64,000 nucleotides of DNA from Rhodospirillaceae bacterium (lineage in GTDB: Bacteria; Pseudomonadota; Alphaproteobacteria; UBA6615): positions 80,425 to 144,424 of the forward strand of contig JABIVD010000007.1 of NCBI GenBank assembly GCA_018667335.1, read 5' to 3'. The position numbers and the translations under genes are program-made. The notes beneath the pieces are model-generated. The model was not told the DNA's origin. It searched no databases and saw only the letters and a list, made by a program, of their open reading frames with translations. Shown piece by piece: positions 10,243-20,085 of the stretch (position 1 is its first letter; each line of letters starts with the position of its first letter).

Positions 10243-10695
10243 TTAGCGAAGCGCGGCGAAAAACTCTTTCAATAGCCCGGCGCATTCGCCTTCTTCCAGG
10301 CCGCCGACGACCTCCGGCGCGTGGTTGCAGGTGGGTTGGGTGAAGATGCGCGCGCCATGCTCGACGCCACCGCCCTTCGGATCATAGGCGCCGAAGAACA
10401 GCCGCCGGATCCGCGCAAACGCAATCGCCTGGGCGCACATGGCGCACGGCTCCAGCGTGACATACAGATCGCAGTCGGAAAGCCGTGTTTCCGACAATTC
10501 CCGCGCCGCCATCCGGATCGCCAGCAACTCCGCATGGGCGGTTGGGTCGCGGTCCTGCTCGACACGGTTGCCCGCAACAGCCACGACCCGCGACGAGGCC
10601 CGATCGACGATCACGGCGCCGACAGGCACATCCCCGGCCATCGCGGCTTCCCGGGCCGCGTTGAGGGCCTGCTGCATGTGTCGTGCGTCTTCCAT
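10243..10695 (-). CDS. tadA: tRNA adenosine(34) deaminase
   Basis: CDA zinc motifs HAE...PCAMC. The sequence VPVGAVIV aligns to E. coli TadA. Start trimmed to the ATG at 10695 (MEDARHMQQAL). Confidence 0.85.
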   Translation of the reverse strand: MEDARHMQQALNAAREAAMAGDVPVGAVIVDRASSRVVAVAGNRVEQDRDPTAHAELLAIRMAARELSETRLSDCDLYVTLEPCAMCAQAIAFARIRRLFFGAYDPKGGGVEHGARIFTQPTCNHAPEVVGGLEEGECAGLLKEFFAALR

Positions 10696-10762
10696 ACGGC
10701 GGACGGTGCCCGCGAAAGCGCGAAATTGCAACGATGCGAAGGCGCCGCGTAGAGTGCGCGGC

Positions 10763-11476
10763 ATGACCAAACCCGTGATCGGCATAACGTTAGATTCCGA
10801 AGACCCAGGCAGTTACTCGAACATGCCCTGGTACGCCCTGCGTCAGAACTACGCTGACGCGGTGGTCGAGGCTGGCGGTATCCCATTACCATTGCCACAC
10901 GAGCCGGATCAGGCGGAGGATTATCTCGATATCATCGACGGTCTGGTCATCACCGGCGGCGCATTCGACGTCGACCCCGCGATTTTCGGTGCCGGTGAAC
11001 GGCACCCGAGCGTTGTCACCAAGGATCGCCGCACGGCATTCGAACTCGCCACCACCCGCGGCGCGCTGGAGCGCGATATGCCGTTGTTAGGCATCTGCGG
11101 GGGCCAGCAGCTTCTCCATGTGGCCCTTGGCGGCACCCTGATCCAGCACATCCCCGACGAAGTCCCGGACGCCCTCGCCCACGAGCAGCCCAACCCGCGC
11201 GACGAACCGGGGCACAGCGTATCGGTGTTGCCCGGAACATTGCTGCACCGGATCGTCAACACCGACTCACTCGAGGTGAACAGCGCCCACCACCAGGCCG
11301 CCAAGGAAGCGTCCGATCGGCTCATCATCAACGCCGTGGCACCCGACGGGGTGATCGAGGGCATCGAGGCCATCGACAAACGTTTCTGCCTAGGGGTCCA
11401 GTGGCATCCGGAGTACAAGGTCTCCGCAGGTGACGGCGCTATTTTTCAGGCCTTCACTGACGCGTGCGGTCACTAG
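10763..11476 (+). CDS. class I glutamine amidotransferase-like gamma-glutamyl hydrolase (peptidase C26 / PuuD-like)
   Basis: Internal ATG at 10763 of ORF 10439..11476 (the upstream part is antisense to tadA). Catalytic GICGGQQ Cys plus the downstream His of the GATase1 triad. Confidence 0.7.
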   Translation: MTKPVIGITLDSEDPGSYSNMPWYALRQNYADAVVEAGGIPLPLPHEPDQAEDYLDIIDGLVITGGAFDVDPAIFGAGERHPSVVTKDRRTAFELATTRGALERDMPLLGICGGQQLLHVALGGTLIQHIPDEVPDALAHEQPNPRDEPGHSVSVLPGTLLHRIVNTDSLEVNSAHHQAAKEASDRLIINAVAPDGVIEGIEAIDKRFCLGVQWHPEYKVSAGDGAIFQAFTDACGH

Positions 11477-11506
11477 ACCGAAGACAGGCACAATCGGCGG
11501 CAGGGC

Positions 11507-12238
11507 ATGAATTCCGACGTACCAAAAGGCGAACGCATCGCCAAGGTCATTGCACGGGCCGGCGTGTCCTCGCGCCGCGAGGCCGAACGCTGGATCGCCG
11601 ACGGCCGAGTTACGCTCGACGGCAAGCCCGTCGATTCCCCGGCGCTGAATGTGGCCGTCGATGCCGATATCCGAATCGATGGGAAACCCCTGCCCGCGCG
11701 CGACGTGGCCCGCCTGTGGCGCTACCACAAGCCCCAGGGGCGGCTGACCACCCACCGCGACCCCGAGGGCCGGCCCACTATCTTTGACGCACTCCCGCCC
11801 GAGCTCGCCAACACCAAGCCGGTGGGCCGCCTGGACATGAATTCAGAGGGCCTGCTGCTGCTGACCAACGACGGTGAACTCGCCCGGCGCCTGGAATTGC
11901 CCTCGACCGGGTGGCTGCGCCAATACCGCGTGCGGGTGTATGGGCGCATCGAAGACAAGACGCTCGCCCGGCTGGAGCGCGGTGTGGAGATCGACGGGAC
12001 CCATTTCCGTCCCGCACAAGCCAAGCTTGAACGGCAAGTGGGCAGCAATGCCTGGCTGACCATTTCCATCCGCGAAGGCAAGAACCGCGAGGTGCGCCGG
12101 CTGATGGAACATCTCGGTTACACGGTGAACCGGCTGATCCGCACCGGCTATGGCCCCTTCCAGCTCGGCAAGCTGCCGCGCGGACATGTCCAGGAAGTTC
12201 CGGCCAAGGTCATCGCCGAACAGGTGCCCCGGGAGTGA
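11507..12238 (+). CDS. 23S rRNA pseudouridine synthase (RluB/RsuA family) with S4 domain
   Basis: S4 RNA-binding N-terminus IAKVIARAGVSSRREAERWIADGRV, followed by a pseudouridine synthase core. Confidence 0.75.
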   Translation: MNSDVPKGERIAKVIARAGVSSRREAERWIADGRVTLDGKPVDSPALNVAVDADIRIDGKPLPARDVARLWRYHKPQGRLTTHRDPEGRPTIFDALPPELANTKPVGRLDMNSEGLLLLTNDGELARRLELPSTGWLRQYRVRVYGRIEDKTLARLERGVEIDGTHFRPAQAKLERQVGSNAWLTISIREGKNREVRRLMEHLGYTVNRLIRTGYGPFQLGKLPRGHVQEVPAKVIAEQVPRE

Positions 12239-12810
12239 GATCACAGCCCGGCAGACTCCGCATTATTGGCGGTACCCACGGCGGCCGCCGGATCGAGATC
12301 CCGCCCGGCTCGGACGCGCGACCGACCGGCGACCGTGTCCGTGAAGCCCTGTTCAGTATTCTCGCCAGCGGGATCGGTGACACACAGGGCCTCGACGACG
12401 CACGGGTGCTCGATGCCTGCGCCGGATCGGGCGCGCTGGGCATCGAGGCATTGTCTCGCGGTGCCGCACATGCCGTGTTTTTCGATATAGATCGCCCGGC
12501 GCGGGTGCAGATTGGCGCCAATCTGGACGCGCTGGGGCTCAGCGAGCGCGCCGACGTGCAACGGATGGACGCGACCAAACCGCCGGCCGGCACAGCATGC
12601 GACATCGTCTTTCTGGACCCACCCTATGACAGCGAGGTCGCACAGGCGGCACCGGCCGCGCTGGCCGAAAACGGTTGGATCGCGCCGGGTGGGTTGATCG
12701 TGATCGAGACGCGGCGCGGCAAGGAGATCGACTGCGGCCCCGGTTTCGAGACCATCGACACGCGCAGCTACGGCGACACGTCGCTGCATTTCGTGACCTG
12801 GAATAATTAA
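12235..12810 (+). CDS. rsmD: 16S rRNA (guanine966-N2)-methyltransferase
   Basis: RIIGGTHGGRRIEIPPGSDARPTGDRVREALFSIL is the RsmD signature. ATGA-type overlap with the upstream gene. Confidence 0.8.
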   Translation: MRSQPGRLRIIGGTHGGRRIEIPPGSDARPTGDRVREALFSILASGIGDTQGLDDARVLDACAGSGALGIEALSRGAAHAVFFDIDRPARVQIGANLDALGLSERADVQRMDATKPPAGTACDIVFLDPPYDSEVAQAAPAALAENGWIAPGGLIVIETRRGKEIDCGPGFETIDTRSYGDTSLHFVTWNN

Positions 12811-12811
12811 C

Positions 12812-14659
12812 TCAGCGGCGCCCGAACAGCCGTTCGATGTCGGCCAGGTTCAGCTCAACAAAGGTCGGGCGCCCGTGATTGCACTGCCCCGCATGGGGTG
12901 TCACTTCCATCTCACGCAGCAGCGCGTTCATCTCGTCACGATTGAGCCGGCGCCCCGCCCGCACACTGCCATGGCAGGCCATGGTGCCGCAGACATCGTC
13001 GAGCCGTTCCTTGAGGGTGTGGGCCGCGCCGATCTCCGACAAATCGTCGGCCAGATCGCGAATCAATCCGGCAACATCCGATTGCCCCAGGAGCGCCGGG
13101 ACTTCGCGCACGACCACGGCGCCCGTGCCGAATTTCTCCAGGACCAGTCCAAGTTCCGCAAACTCGTCCGCCCGCGCCGCAAGCCGATCCGCCGCAGCCT
13201 CGTCCATGTCGATGACCTCGGGTAGCAGCAGCCCCTGGCGCGCGACCTCGCCATTCGCGAGCGCGGCCTTCATGCGTTCATAGACCAGCCGTTCATGGGC
13301 CGCGTGCTGATCCACGATCACCAGGCCATTGTTGGTCTGGGACACGATATAGGTTTCATGGAGCTGCGCCTGGGCCGCACCCAGCGGATAGTCCGCGTCG
13401 GGAGACGCGACATCGGGCCCGAGCGCCACCGCGGCCGGTGCCGAATCGAGCCCGGGGATCGCCGTACCGTCCGCGTTCTCCTGGGGTGCGAAATACTGGG
13501 CGGCCGCCTCGGCCAGCCCCTGCGGGACCCGACTGCTGCCAAATCCGCGCCCGGCGCCACCGCCATATCCGCCCCCGCTGCCAAATCCAGACGGGGGCAC
13601 GCTGCCGGGCCGGAAAGCACCCAACGCCGCATCGGCCACCGTGGTCGACGCCCGGTGACCGGCCGCCGCCAGCGCGTGCCGCAGCCCGCCGACAATGAGA
13701 CCCCGGACAACACCGGGATCGCGAAACCGGACCTCGGCCTTCGCCGGATGAACATTCACATCGACGAGTTCCGGGTCGATCTCCACGAACAGCGCCACCA
13801 GCGGGTGCCGGCCGCGTGCCAGGAAATCCTGATACGCGCCGCGCACCGCGCCCGTCAGCAACCGGTCGCGCACCGGCCGGCCGTTGACGAAGAGATACTG
13901 ATGCTTGGTCGTGTTGCGGTTGAGGGTTGGAAGCCCGGCATGGCCGGTCAGGCGGACACCGTCCCGCTCCGCGTCGATCGTGAGGGCGTTGTCGGCGAAA
14001 TCACGCCCCATCACGTCCGACAACCGGCGCAAAAGCGCATCCTCGCTGCCGCCGAGATCCGCCGTGGCGGCGCTGGCGAAGCGTTCACGTTCGCCGTCAC
14101 CGACCGTGAAGCTGATCGCCGGGTGGGCCATCGCGAGCCGCTGCACGGTATCGACGGCGTGGTCCATCTCCGTACGCTCTGTTTTCAGGAACTTCAGACG
14201 TGCGGGCGTCGCGTAGAAAAGATCCCGCACCTCGACCCGGGTACCGGTGGTCAGCGGCGTGGGCTGAACCTCATGCACACGGCCACCCTCGACACGGATT
14301 TGCCAACCATCAGATCCGGCAATGCGCGATGCGATCGACAGCCGGCTGACCGAACCAATCGACGGCAGCGCCTCGCCGCGGAATCCCAGCGTCGCGATAT
14401 GGGTCAGATCGTTGTCCGGCAGCTTCGATGTCGCGTGGCGCTCGACCGCAAGGCCGAGCTCGTCCGGCGTCATGCCGCTGCCGTCATCGGTGACCGCAAT
14501 CAACGTGCGGCCGCCATCACGCAACACCACGTCTATGCGGTGCGCGCCGGCATCGATGGCGTTTTCGACCAGCTCCTTCACGGCGGAAGCCGGGCGCTCA
14601 ATCACCTCGCCCGCCGCGATCTGGTTGACGATCGTCTCCGGCAGCCGCCGAATGGTCAT
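12812..14659 (-). CDS. mutL: DNA mismatch repair protein MutL
   Basis: GHKL ATPase N-terminus [39 protein letters not shown]. Confidence 0.9.
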   Translation of the reverse strand: MTIRRLPETIVNQIAAGEVIERPASAVKELVENAIDAGAHRIDVVLRDGGRTLIAVTDDGSGMTPDELGLAVERHATSKLPDNDLTHIATLGFRGEALPSIGSVSRLSIASRIAGSDGWQIRVEGGRVHEVQPTPLTTGTRVEVRDLFYATPARLKFLKTERTEMDHAVDTVQRLAMAHPAISFTVGDGERERFASAATADLGGSEDALLRRLSDVMGRDFADNALTIDAERDGVRLTGHAGLPTLNRNTTKHQYLFVNGRPVRDRLLTGAVRGAYQDFLARGRHPLVALFVEIDPELVDVNVHPAKAEVRFRDPGVVRGLIVGGLRHALAAAGHRASTTVADAALGAFRPGSVPPSGFGSGGGYGGGAGRGFGSSRVPQGLAEAAAQYFAPQENADGTAIPGLDSAPAAVALGPDVASPDADYPLGAAQAQLHETYIVSQTNNGLVIVDQHAAHERLVYERMKAALANGEVARQGLLLPEVIDMDEAAADRLAARADEFAELGLVLEKFGTGAVVVREVPALLGQSDVAGLIRDLADDLSEIGAAHTLKERLDDVCGTMACHGSVRAGRRLNRDEMNALLREMEVTPHAGQCNHGRPTFVELNLADIERLFGRR

Positions 14660-15960
14660 GTTACCGCCGCTCCGCTCGCATCGGCGAGCCGCTTTCGCGT
14701 GCGTGCCTTGCCGTCTTCAACGGCCGGCTGATCGAAAGGGTCGACCCCCATCATGAACGCCGCCGTCACCGTCTCAAGCATGAAGTGGGCCATCAACGCA
14801 CCGATCGCGGCCTCGTCGACACGCGCAACATCGATCCGCCGGACCGGGCGGCCATGGGCGCACAGGCTTTCGATCGTCGCCTCCTGCTCCGCCGCCAGCA
14901 AATCACCCGTCGTCTGCCCGGCCAGATAGTCGGCGCCGGCAAGGACCGCCAGGTCCGGCGGCACGCGATCACCGCGCCCGGCCAACTGCTGGGTCACAAT
15001 CGTGAACATCTTATCGGTCGGGCCATCGAGATAGAGTTGGAGCTGACTGTGCTGATCCACGGAGCCAAGTGCATCGATGGGCGTGGTGCCATGGCCGTTC
15101 TTGCCCACGCTCTCCGCCCAAAGCTGGCGATACCAACGGGCGAACGGTGCGAGCGCATCAGCATAGGGCATCAGCACACTCATGCGCGCACCCTGGCTTT
15201 GCAGAAGTGCCAGCGAAACCGCCGCACCGAGCGCCGCCGGTACGTCCTCGATGGTCTCTCCGGCCAGGTTGAGTTCAAGCGCCTCGGCGGCGCCGGCGCG
15301 CACGGCGTCGATATCCAGCCCGGCGAGTGCGGCGGGCAAAAGCCCGACGGCGCTGAGTGCGGAATACCGGCCACCGATATCGACGGGATGATCGATGACG
15401 GGCACATCCCACTGCGCAGCCAATCGGCGCAACGGGCTGTCACCCGGCTCAGCGATTGCAACGCTGTAGTCCGCGACGGCATCGCCGGCGCGGCTGTCAG
15501 TCAAGGCCGGCATGAGTGTCATCGCGAGCACCAGAGTTTCCGCCGTGCCCCCGGACTTCGACACCATGACCAGACCCGCGCGCGACACATCAACGGATGC
15601 GATGTACCGCGCCACGGTTTCGGGATCGGGGTTGTTCAGAAACCGGACATCCACTTTCGGGGCCAGGGCCAGGGCGCACAGGGCCTCCGCACCGAGGCTG
15701 GATCCACCAACGCCGAGCACGGCAACGGTGTCACAATGTGTCGACAGACGTGCGGCCGCGTCACGGACTGCGGCGAGATCTTCGGATTGCTGCGCGATGG
15801 AGATCGCCGGGAATCCGTCTTCGGCAATATCGGTGCGCATCGCGCTCCAGACGTCCCACGCCGCCGCGCGCGCCGACTCCAATGCGTCGCCGGTCAGGCC
15901 GTCATCGCCGATCATTTCGGCCATGCAGCCGCTGACATTCTGGGTATAGATTTTTGGCAT
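14656..15960 (-). CDS. pgi: glucose-6-phosphate isomerase (short form)
   Basis: PGI signatures [14 protein letters not shown] and VDQHSQLQL. Start trimmed to ATG 15960 (MPKIYTQNV). Confidence 0.75.
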   Translation of the reverse strand: MPKIYTQNVSGCMAEMIGDDGLTGDALESARAAAWDVWSAMRTDIAEDGFPAISIAQQSEDLAAVRDAAARLSTHCDTVAVLGVGGSSLGAEALCALALAPKVDVRFLNNPDPETVARYIASVDVSRAGLVMVSKSGGTAETLVLAMTLMPALTDSRAGDAVADYSVAIAEPGDSPLRRLAAQWDVPVIDHPVDIGGRYSALSAVGLLPAALAGLDIDAVRAGAAEALELNLAGETIEDVPAALGAAVSLALLQSQGARMSVLMPYADALAPFARWYRQLWAESVGKNGHGTTPIDALGSVDQHSQLQLYLDGPTDKMFTIVTQQLAGRGDRVPPDLAVLAGADYLAGQTTGDLLAAEQEATIESLCAHGRPVRRIDVARVDEAAIGALMAHFMLETVTAAFMMGVDPFDQPAVEDGKARTRKRLADASGAAVT

Positions 15961-16063
15961 TCGGGTTCCGTGTCCACGCCCGGACCGGCAGTTTGGATCG
16001 TCCGCCGGGCCGACGGCAATGCCGCATATTGTGGACAAATCTGGCGAGTCGGAGAACGCCCGA

Positions 16064-17416
16064 CTAACCGCCGTCAGTCACGGTCCGCGTTGCCGCGAGT
16101 CCCTCTGGCTTGCCAACCACGACAACGGTCAAGGCGGCCGGATCGAGAATTCGCTCTGCGACACGCCGCACATCGTCGAGCGTGACGGCATCGATCAAGT
16201 CATTGCGCCGATTGAGGTAATTGATCCCGAGATCGCGAAACTGCACCGCCACGAGGGTCCCTGCGATCGACGACGTATTGTCGAACCGCAATCCGAATGA
16301 GCCAATCAGATTGGCCTTGGCCCGGTCCAGCTCATCCTGGGAGATCGCAAATTCCTGCACATTTGCCCACTGGCCGCGGATCAAATCGATCGATTGCGCC
16401 ACGGCACCATTTTCCGTGCCGGCACCACCCATCCAGAGTGCGGCGTTCTCGAGCGGCAGCAAATAGCTGAAGACCGAGTAGGCCAACCCGCGTTTCTCGC
16501 GCACTTCGTCATAGAGCCGGGATGTGAAACTGCCGCCACCCAGCACATGGTTCAGCACCAGCGCCGCGTAATAGTCCGGGTCATCCCGCGACACGCCGCG
16601 ATGGCCAAACACAACACGGCTTTGTGGGTTATCACGCTCGACGACGATCACCTCCCCGGCACCGCCGGGCACTGCCTGCGGGATTGTGAACGCCTCCGCC
16701 CGCTCCGGCAGATCACCGAATGTGGTGTCGAGAAGCGCGCCCAATTCGGCCGCCGTCACGTCACCAACAACGCCAACAATAAGCGCGCTGCGTGCGAGCC
16801 GGCGCGTGACGAATATCTGCAGGTCCATCTCGGTGATTGCGGCGACGCTCTCGGCTGTCCCGGTCACCGGTCGGCTATAGGGATGATCACCGAACACGGC
16901 CTCGCGGAACGTTTGTTGCGCAATGCGGTTGGGGTTGTTCGCGCCCGCCGCAAGTCCGGTTTGAATTTGGGCCCGAATGCGGTCCACGGCCGGCGCATCG
17001 AAGCGCGGCTCGGTCACTGCCAGGCGCAGCAGACCGAACGCTTCCTCACGGTTTCGGGTCAGGGCCTTCATACGGCCGGAAAATCCGTCCAGCGATGCCG
17101 AGAAAGACAGGGAGATCGACTGATCTGCCAGCCGACCCTGAAAGGCCTGGGAATCGAGTTCGCCGGCGCCCTCATCGAGCAACCCGGACACCATATTGGC
17201 CAGGCCTTCCTTGCCCGCCGGGTCCGTCGCAGCGCCGCCGGGAAACAGGAACCGCGCAGAGACGATGGGCAGCGAATGATCTTCCACCAGCCAGGCCTCG
17301 ATTCCTCCGGGGCTGATTACCCGCTGGATCTCGAAGGCCTTTGCCGCGGCAGGGGCAAAAATCAGTGCAACAGCAAGCAGCGCCGCACCGGGCGCACGCG
17401 TCAGAACGGACATCAT
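16064..17416 (-). CDS. M16 family peptidase, non-catalytic partner subunit (no HxxEH)
   Basis: Signal peptide. Pitrilysin fold without the inverted zinc motif. ATGA overlap with the upstream M16 gene. Confidence 0.75.
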   Translation of the reverse strand: MMSVLTRAPGAALLAVALIFAPAAAKAFEIQRVISPGGIEAWLVEDHSLPIVSARFLFPGGAATDPAGKEGLANMVSGLLDEGAGELDSQAFQGRLADQSISLSFSASLDGFSGRMKALTRNREEAFGLLRLAVTEPRFDAPAVDRIRAQIQTGLAAGANNPNRIAQQTFREAVFGDHPYSRPVTGTAESVAAITEMDLQIFVTRRLARSALIVGVVGDVTAAELGALLDTTFGDLPERAEAFTIPQAVPGGAGEVIVVERDNPQSRVVFGHRGVSRDDPDYYAALVLNHVLGGGSFTSRLYDEVREKRGLAYSVFSYLLPLENAALWMGGAGTENGAVAQSIDLIRGQWANVQEFAISQDELDRAKANLIGSFGLRFDNTSSIAGTLVAVQFRDLGINYLNRRNDLIDAVTLDDVRRVAERILDPAALTVVVVGKPEGLAATRTVTDGG

Positions 17417-18777
17417 GTTCGGCTGTCTCCTTCGGCCGGCAGCAACACGCCGGTTGTGGATCGGTTCACGTTGAACACCTCGCGGGCGGCAGCATCGACC
17501 TGTTCGACCGTCACCGCGCGAATTCTGTCGGGCCAGGCCTCGACATCAGCCACCGTCTGCCCCGAGGAGAGGGCCGCACCCAACACACGCGCAGGACCGC
17601 TGACGCTGTCACGGGCAAATATCGCGCTGTCGATCAGGCGCAGCTTCGCGCGCTCGAGCTCATCAGCGGTGATCCCGTCCTTGATCAGGTTCGCGATCTG
17701 CGCGTCGAGCGCATCACGCACCGTATCGACCGGAACGCCTGGCCGCGGACTAAACCAAACGCCAAATGTCGTGAGGTCGAGGTTGCCCGGCGAATACCAG
17801 GCGCCGGCGGAAGCCGCCAACGACTGGTCAACAACGATCGACCGATAGATCCGCCCCGTCGTACCGCTCCCGATGATTTCCGCGAGCAGTTCGAGCGCAT
17901 AGGCATGCTCGGCATCTCCCGCGGCATAGCTGGGGGCGAGATAGCGGCGCGACCAGGCCGGTTGATCGACCCGCGCATCACGCATCACCACTTCGCGCGG
18001 CGCAAGCTGCGGCGGCTCGACCGGACGCAGGCGCGCCGGCAGGGCTTTGGCCTCGATCTTCCCGTAGGTTTCACGCGCCAGCCGCAAGACCTCCGCCGGA
18101 TCGACATCACCCGAGACGACCAGGACCGCGTTGTTGGGCGCGTACCAGGTCTCGTAGAAGGTTTCGAGATCCACGCGCGACAGGCCCTCGATCTCATGCG
18201 CCCAGCCGATCACCGGCAGGCGGTAGGGATGGTTCAGATAGGTCGCCGCCGCGACCTGTTCGGAAAGAAGTGAACGGGGGTTGTTTTCCGTTCGCGACCG
18301 GCGCTCCTCGAGGATCACCCGCCGCTCAGGCTCGATGATCTCATCCGTCAAAATCAGGCCGGTCATACGGTCCGCTTCGAGCTCCATCATCAATGGAAGA
18401 TGCCGGGGGGCGATGGTCTGGAAGTAACCGGTGTAGTCGTGCGACGTGAACGCGTTTTCGCGGCCACCCAAATCCGCGATGATCTGCGAGAATTCACCGG
18501 GCGCGCGGGTGTCCGTCCCCTTGAACATCAGGTGCTCAAGATAGTGGGCGATCCCTGACTTGCCCGCCGGCTCATCGGCCGCGCCGACCTTGTACCAGAC
18601 CATGTGGGTGACGACGGGCGCGCGATGATTTTCGATCACGACGATCTGCATGCCGTTGTCGAGCTCGAAGGTCGTCGGATCGAAGACCTGCGCATGCGCT
18701 GTACTTGCAAACGGCAACAGGAAGGCCGCCGGCAACAGCAAGGCACGAACGGCTCGCGAACACAGGTTCCACGTCAT
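17413..18777 (-). CDS. M16 family zinc peptidase (HxxEH subunit)
   Basis: HYLEHLMFKGT inverted zinc-binding motif. Signal peptide MTWNLCSRAVRALLLPAAFLLPFASTAHA. ATG 18777 has a GAGGA SD. The ORF itself starts at GTG 18792. Confidence 0.8.
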   Translation of the reverse strand: MTWNLCSRAVRALLLPAAFLLPFASTAHAQVFDPTTFELDNGMQIVVIENHRAPVVTHMVWYKVGAADEPAGKSGIAHYLEHLMFKGTDTRAPGEFSQIIADLGGRENAFTSHDYTGYFQTIAPRHLPLMMELEADRMTGLILTDEIIEPERRVILEERRSRTENNPRSLLSEQVAAATYLNHPYRLPVIGWAHEIEGLSRVDLETFYETWYAPNNAVLVVSGDVDPAEVLRLARETYGKIEAKALPARLRPVEPPQLAPREVVMRDARVDQPAWSRRYLAPSYAAGDAEHAYALELLAEIIGSGTTGRIYRSIVVDQSLAASAGAWYSPGNLDLTTFGVWFSPRPGVPVDTVRDALDAQIANLIKDGITADELERAKLRLIDSAIFARDSVSGPARVLGAALSSGQTVADVEAWPDRIRAVTVEQVDAAAREVFNVNRSTTGVLLPAEGDSRT

Positions 18778-18909
18778 CAATTTCGTCCTCACTGGTCACG
18801 CCTTTGGTTCGACAACTGATATGGCGCAGGTTTTCACGCCTGCAACGCCGAAATCCGGCGGTGCAGTCACAATACCGCGACATTTGGCGTAATTAGGGCG
18901 AAGCGTTGC

Positions 18910-19554
18910 CTAGAGTATGTCGAACAGGCCTTTTCGCGTGCGCGATATGGTCGGTGTTTTACCGTCCGCGGCCGGAACGCCCAGCGCCTGATTCTCACGC
19001 AGCCGACGCGCTTCAGCGGCGGCATCGATCTCTTCGTCGATCGAATCCTGCTCCAGACCAAGCAATTTGCGGATGAAGTTCTGATTTTCATCCGCCAGAA
19101 TTGAGCTCTCGCGGTCGATTTGCGAACGGACCAGAGGATCGGTTTCCAGCGCACCCGCACGAGACAGGAAGGCCGCCTCGCCGGTCGTCGAACGCGCGAC
19201 ATCCGTGCGCGGTGCGGGCTGCGCGGCCGGTCCGCTATTGGTGCCCGGTGCGCGCGCGTCGTCACCACGGAATACGGCCTGGCGCGCCTGCTCCCGGCTC
19301 GAAACCGTTGTCAGATCCTCGGCGCCGGGTCGCGGCGGACGCAAGCGAAAGTCAGGCGGCTGGGACAGCGGCGCGCGCGGGGCAACTGCAAATTCGTCCG
19401 GCGCTGTGCGCTGGAGCCCGAGTGCCCGTTTCGTTGAATCACCGCATGCCGCGAGCGTGAGGGCGGCAACCACGAGCAAAACAAGCCCGCGCGACGTACG
19501 GGCGGGACCGCCAGGGTGCGCAGAAGTGTCAGTCATGCCAGTCATATGCATCAA
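18910..19554 (-). CDS. DUF3035-like lipoprotein
   Basis: Lipobox LTLAAC after a positively charged N-region, then a Pro/Arg-rich low-complexity body. Sits immediately downstream of lspA, as commonly seen in alphaproteobacteria (from memory). Confidence 0.5.
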   Translation of the reverse strand: MMHMTGMTDTSAHPGGPARTSRGLVLLVVAALTLAACGDSTKRALGLQRTAPDEFAVAPRAPLSQPPDFRLRPPRPGAEDLTTVSSREQARQAVFRGDDARAPGTNSGPAAQPAPRTDVARSTTGEAAFLSRAGALETDPLVRSQIDRESSILADENQNFIRKLLGLEQDSIDEEIDAAAEARRLRENQALGVPAADGKTPTISRTRKGLFDIL

Positions 19555-19602
19555 ACCATTGCCTGGGTCACAGTGCGTTCGAGTATGCGTCGAAACCTAG
19601 CA

Positions 19603-20070
19603 CTATTTTAGCGAACGCGGAGAACCGAACAAGCCATCGTACAACAACATCGCTGTCCCGAAGACAATGGCCATGTCTGCCACATTGAACGCAGGCCAGT
19701 GCCAACCAAACGCATGGATATCGATAAAATCGACGACCGCGCCATAAACCACACGGTCGACAACATTGCTCAACGCGCCACCAATCACCAGAACCAGCGC
19801 GAATTGGACAATCCCCTGGCTCGATCGTGCCAGCCAGATAACCAGAAACACGATGATCACGAGGGCGAGTGCCACCAGAATCCAGCGTGAGGTCTCGGCG
19901 CCGCCGAGCAGCCCGAAACTGATGCCCCGATTCCAGACCGGCACCAGATTGAAGAATGACGTCACCTGGATGATCGATGGTGGATCAAAGACGAGACCCA
20001 GCATCACGCGTTTGGATATTTGATCGACGGCGATCAGCACAACGACAAAGAGCAAAGCCCATCGCGGCAT
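19603..20070 (-). CDS. lspA: signal peptidase II (lipoprotein signal peptidase)
   Basis: MPRWALLFVVVLIAVDQISK aligns to the E. coli LspA N-terminus. Lies 15 nt downstream of ileS. Confidence 0.85.
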   Translation of the reverse strand: MPRWALLFVVVLIAVDQISKRVMLGLVFDPPSIIQVTSFFNLVPVWNRGISFGLLGGAETSRWILVALALVIIVFLVIWLARSSQGIVQFALVLVIGGALSNVVDRVVYGAVVDFIDIHAFGWHWPAFNVADMAIVFGTAMLLYDGLFGSPRSLK

Positions 20071-20085
20071 CACAAACTCACCCGC

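Noticed and set aside
10439-10762. N-terminal 108 codons of ORF 10439..11476
   Set aside because: Antisense to tadA. The glutamine-amidotransferase homology begins at the internal ATG 10763.
14655-14659. mutL start / pgi stop coordinates
   Set aside because: My manual nucleotide count places the TCAT overlap one base lower than the ORF track. Treated as my counting uncertainty. ORF-track coordinates were used.
13295-16185. Long antisense ORFs 13295..14731 and 14785..16185 opposite mutL and pgi
   Set aside because: No recognisable domains. Arg-rich composition. The opposite-strand genes have strong family signatures.
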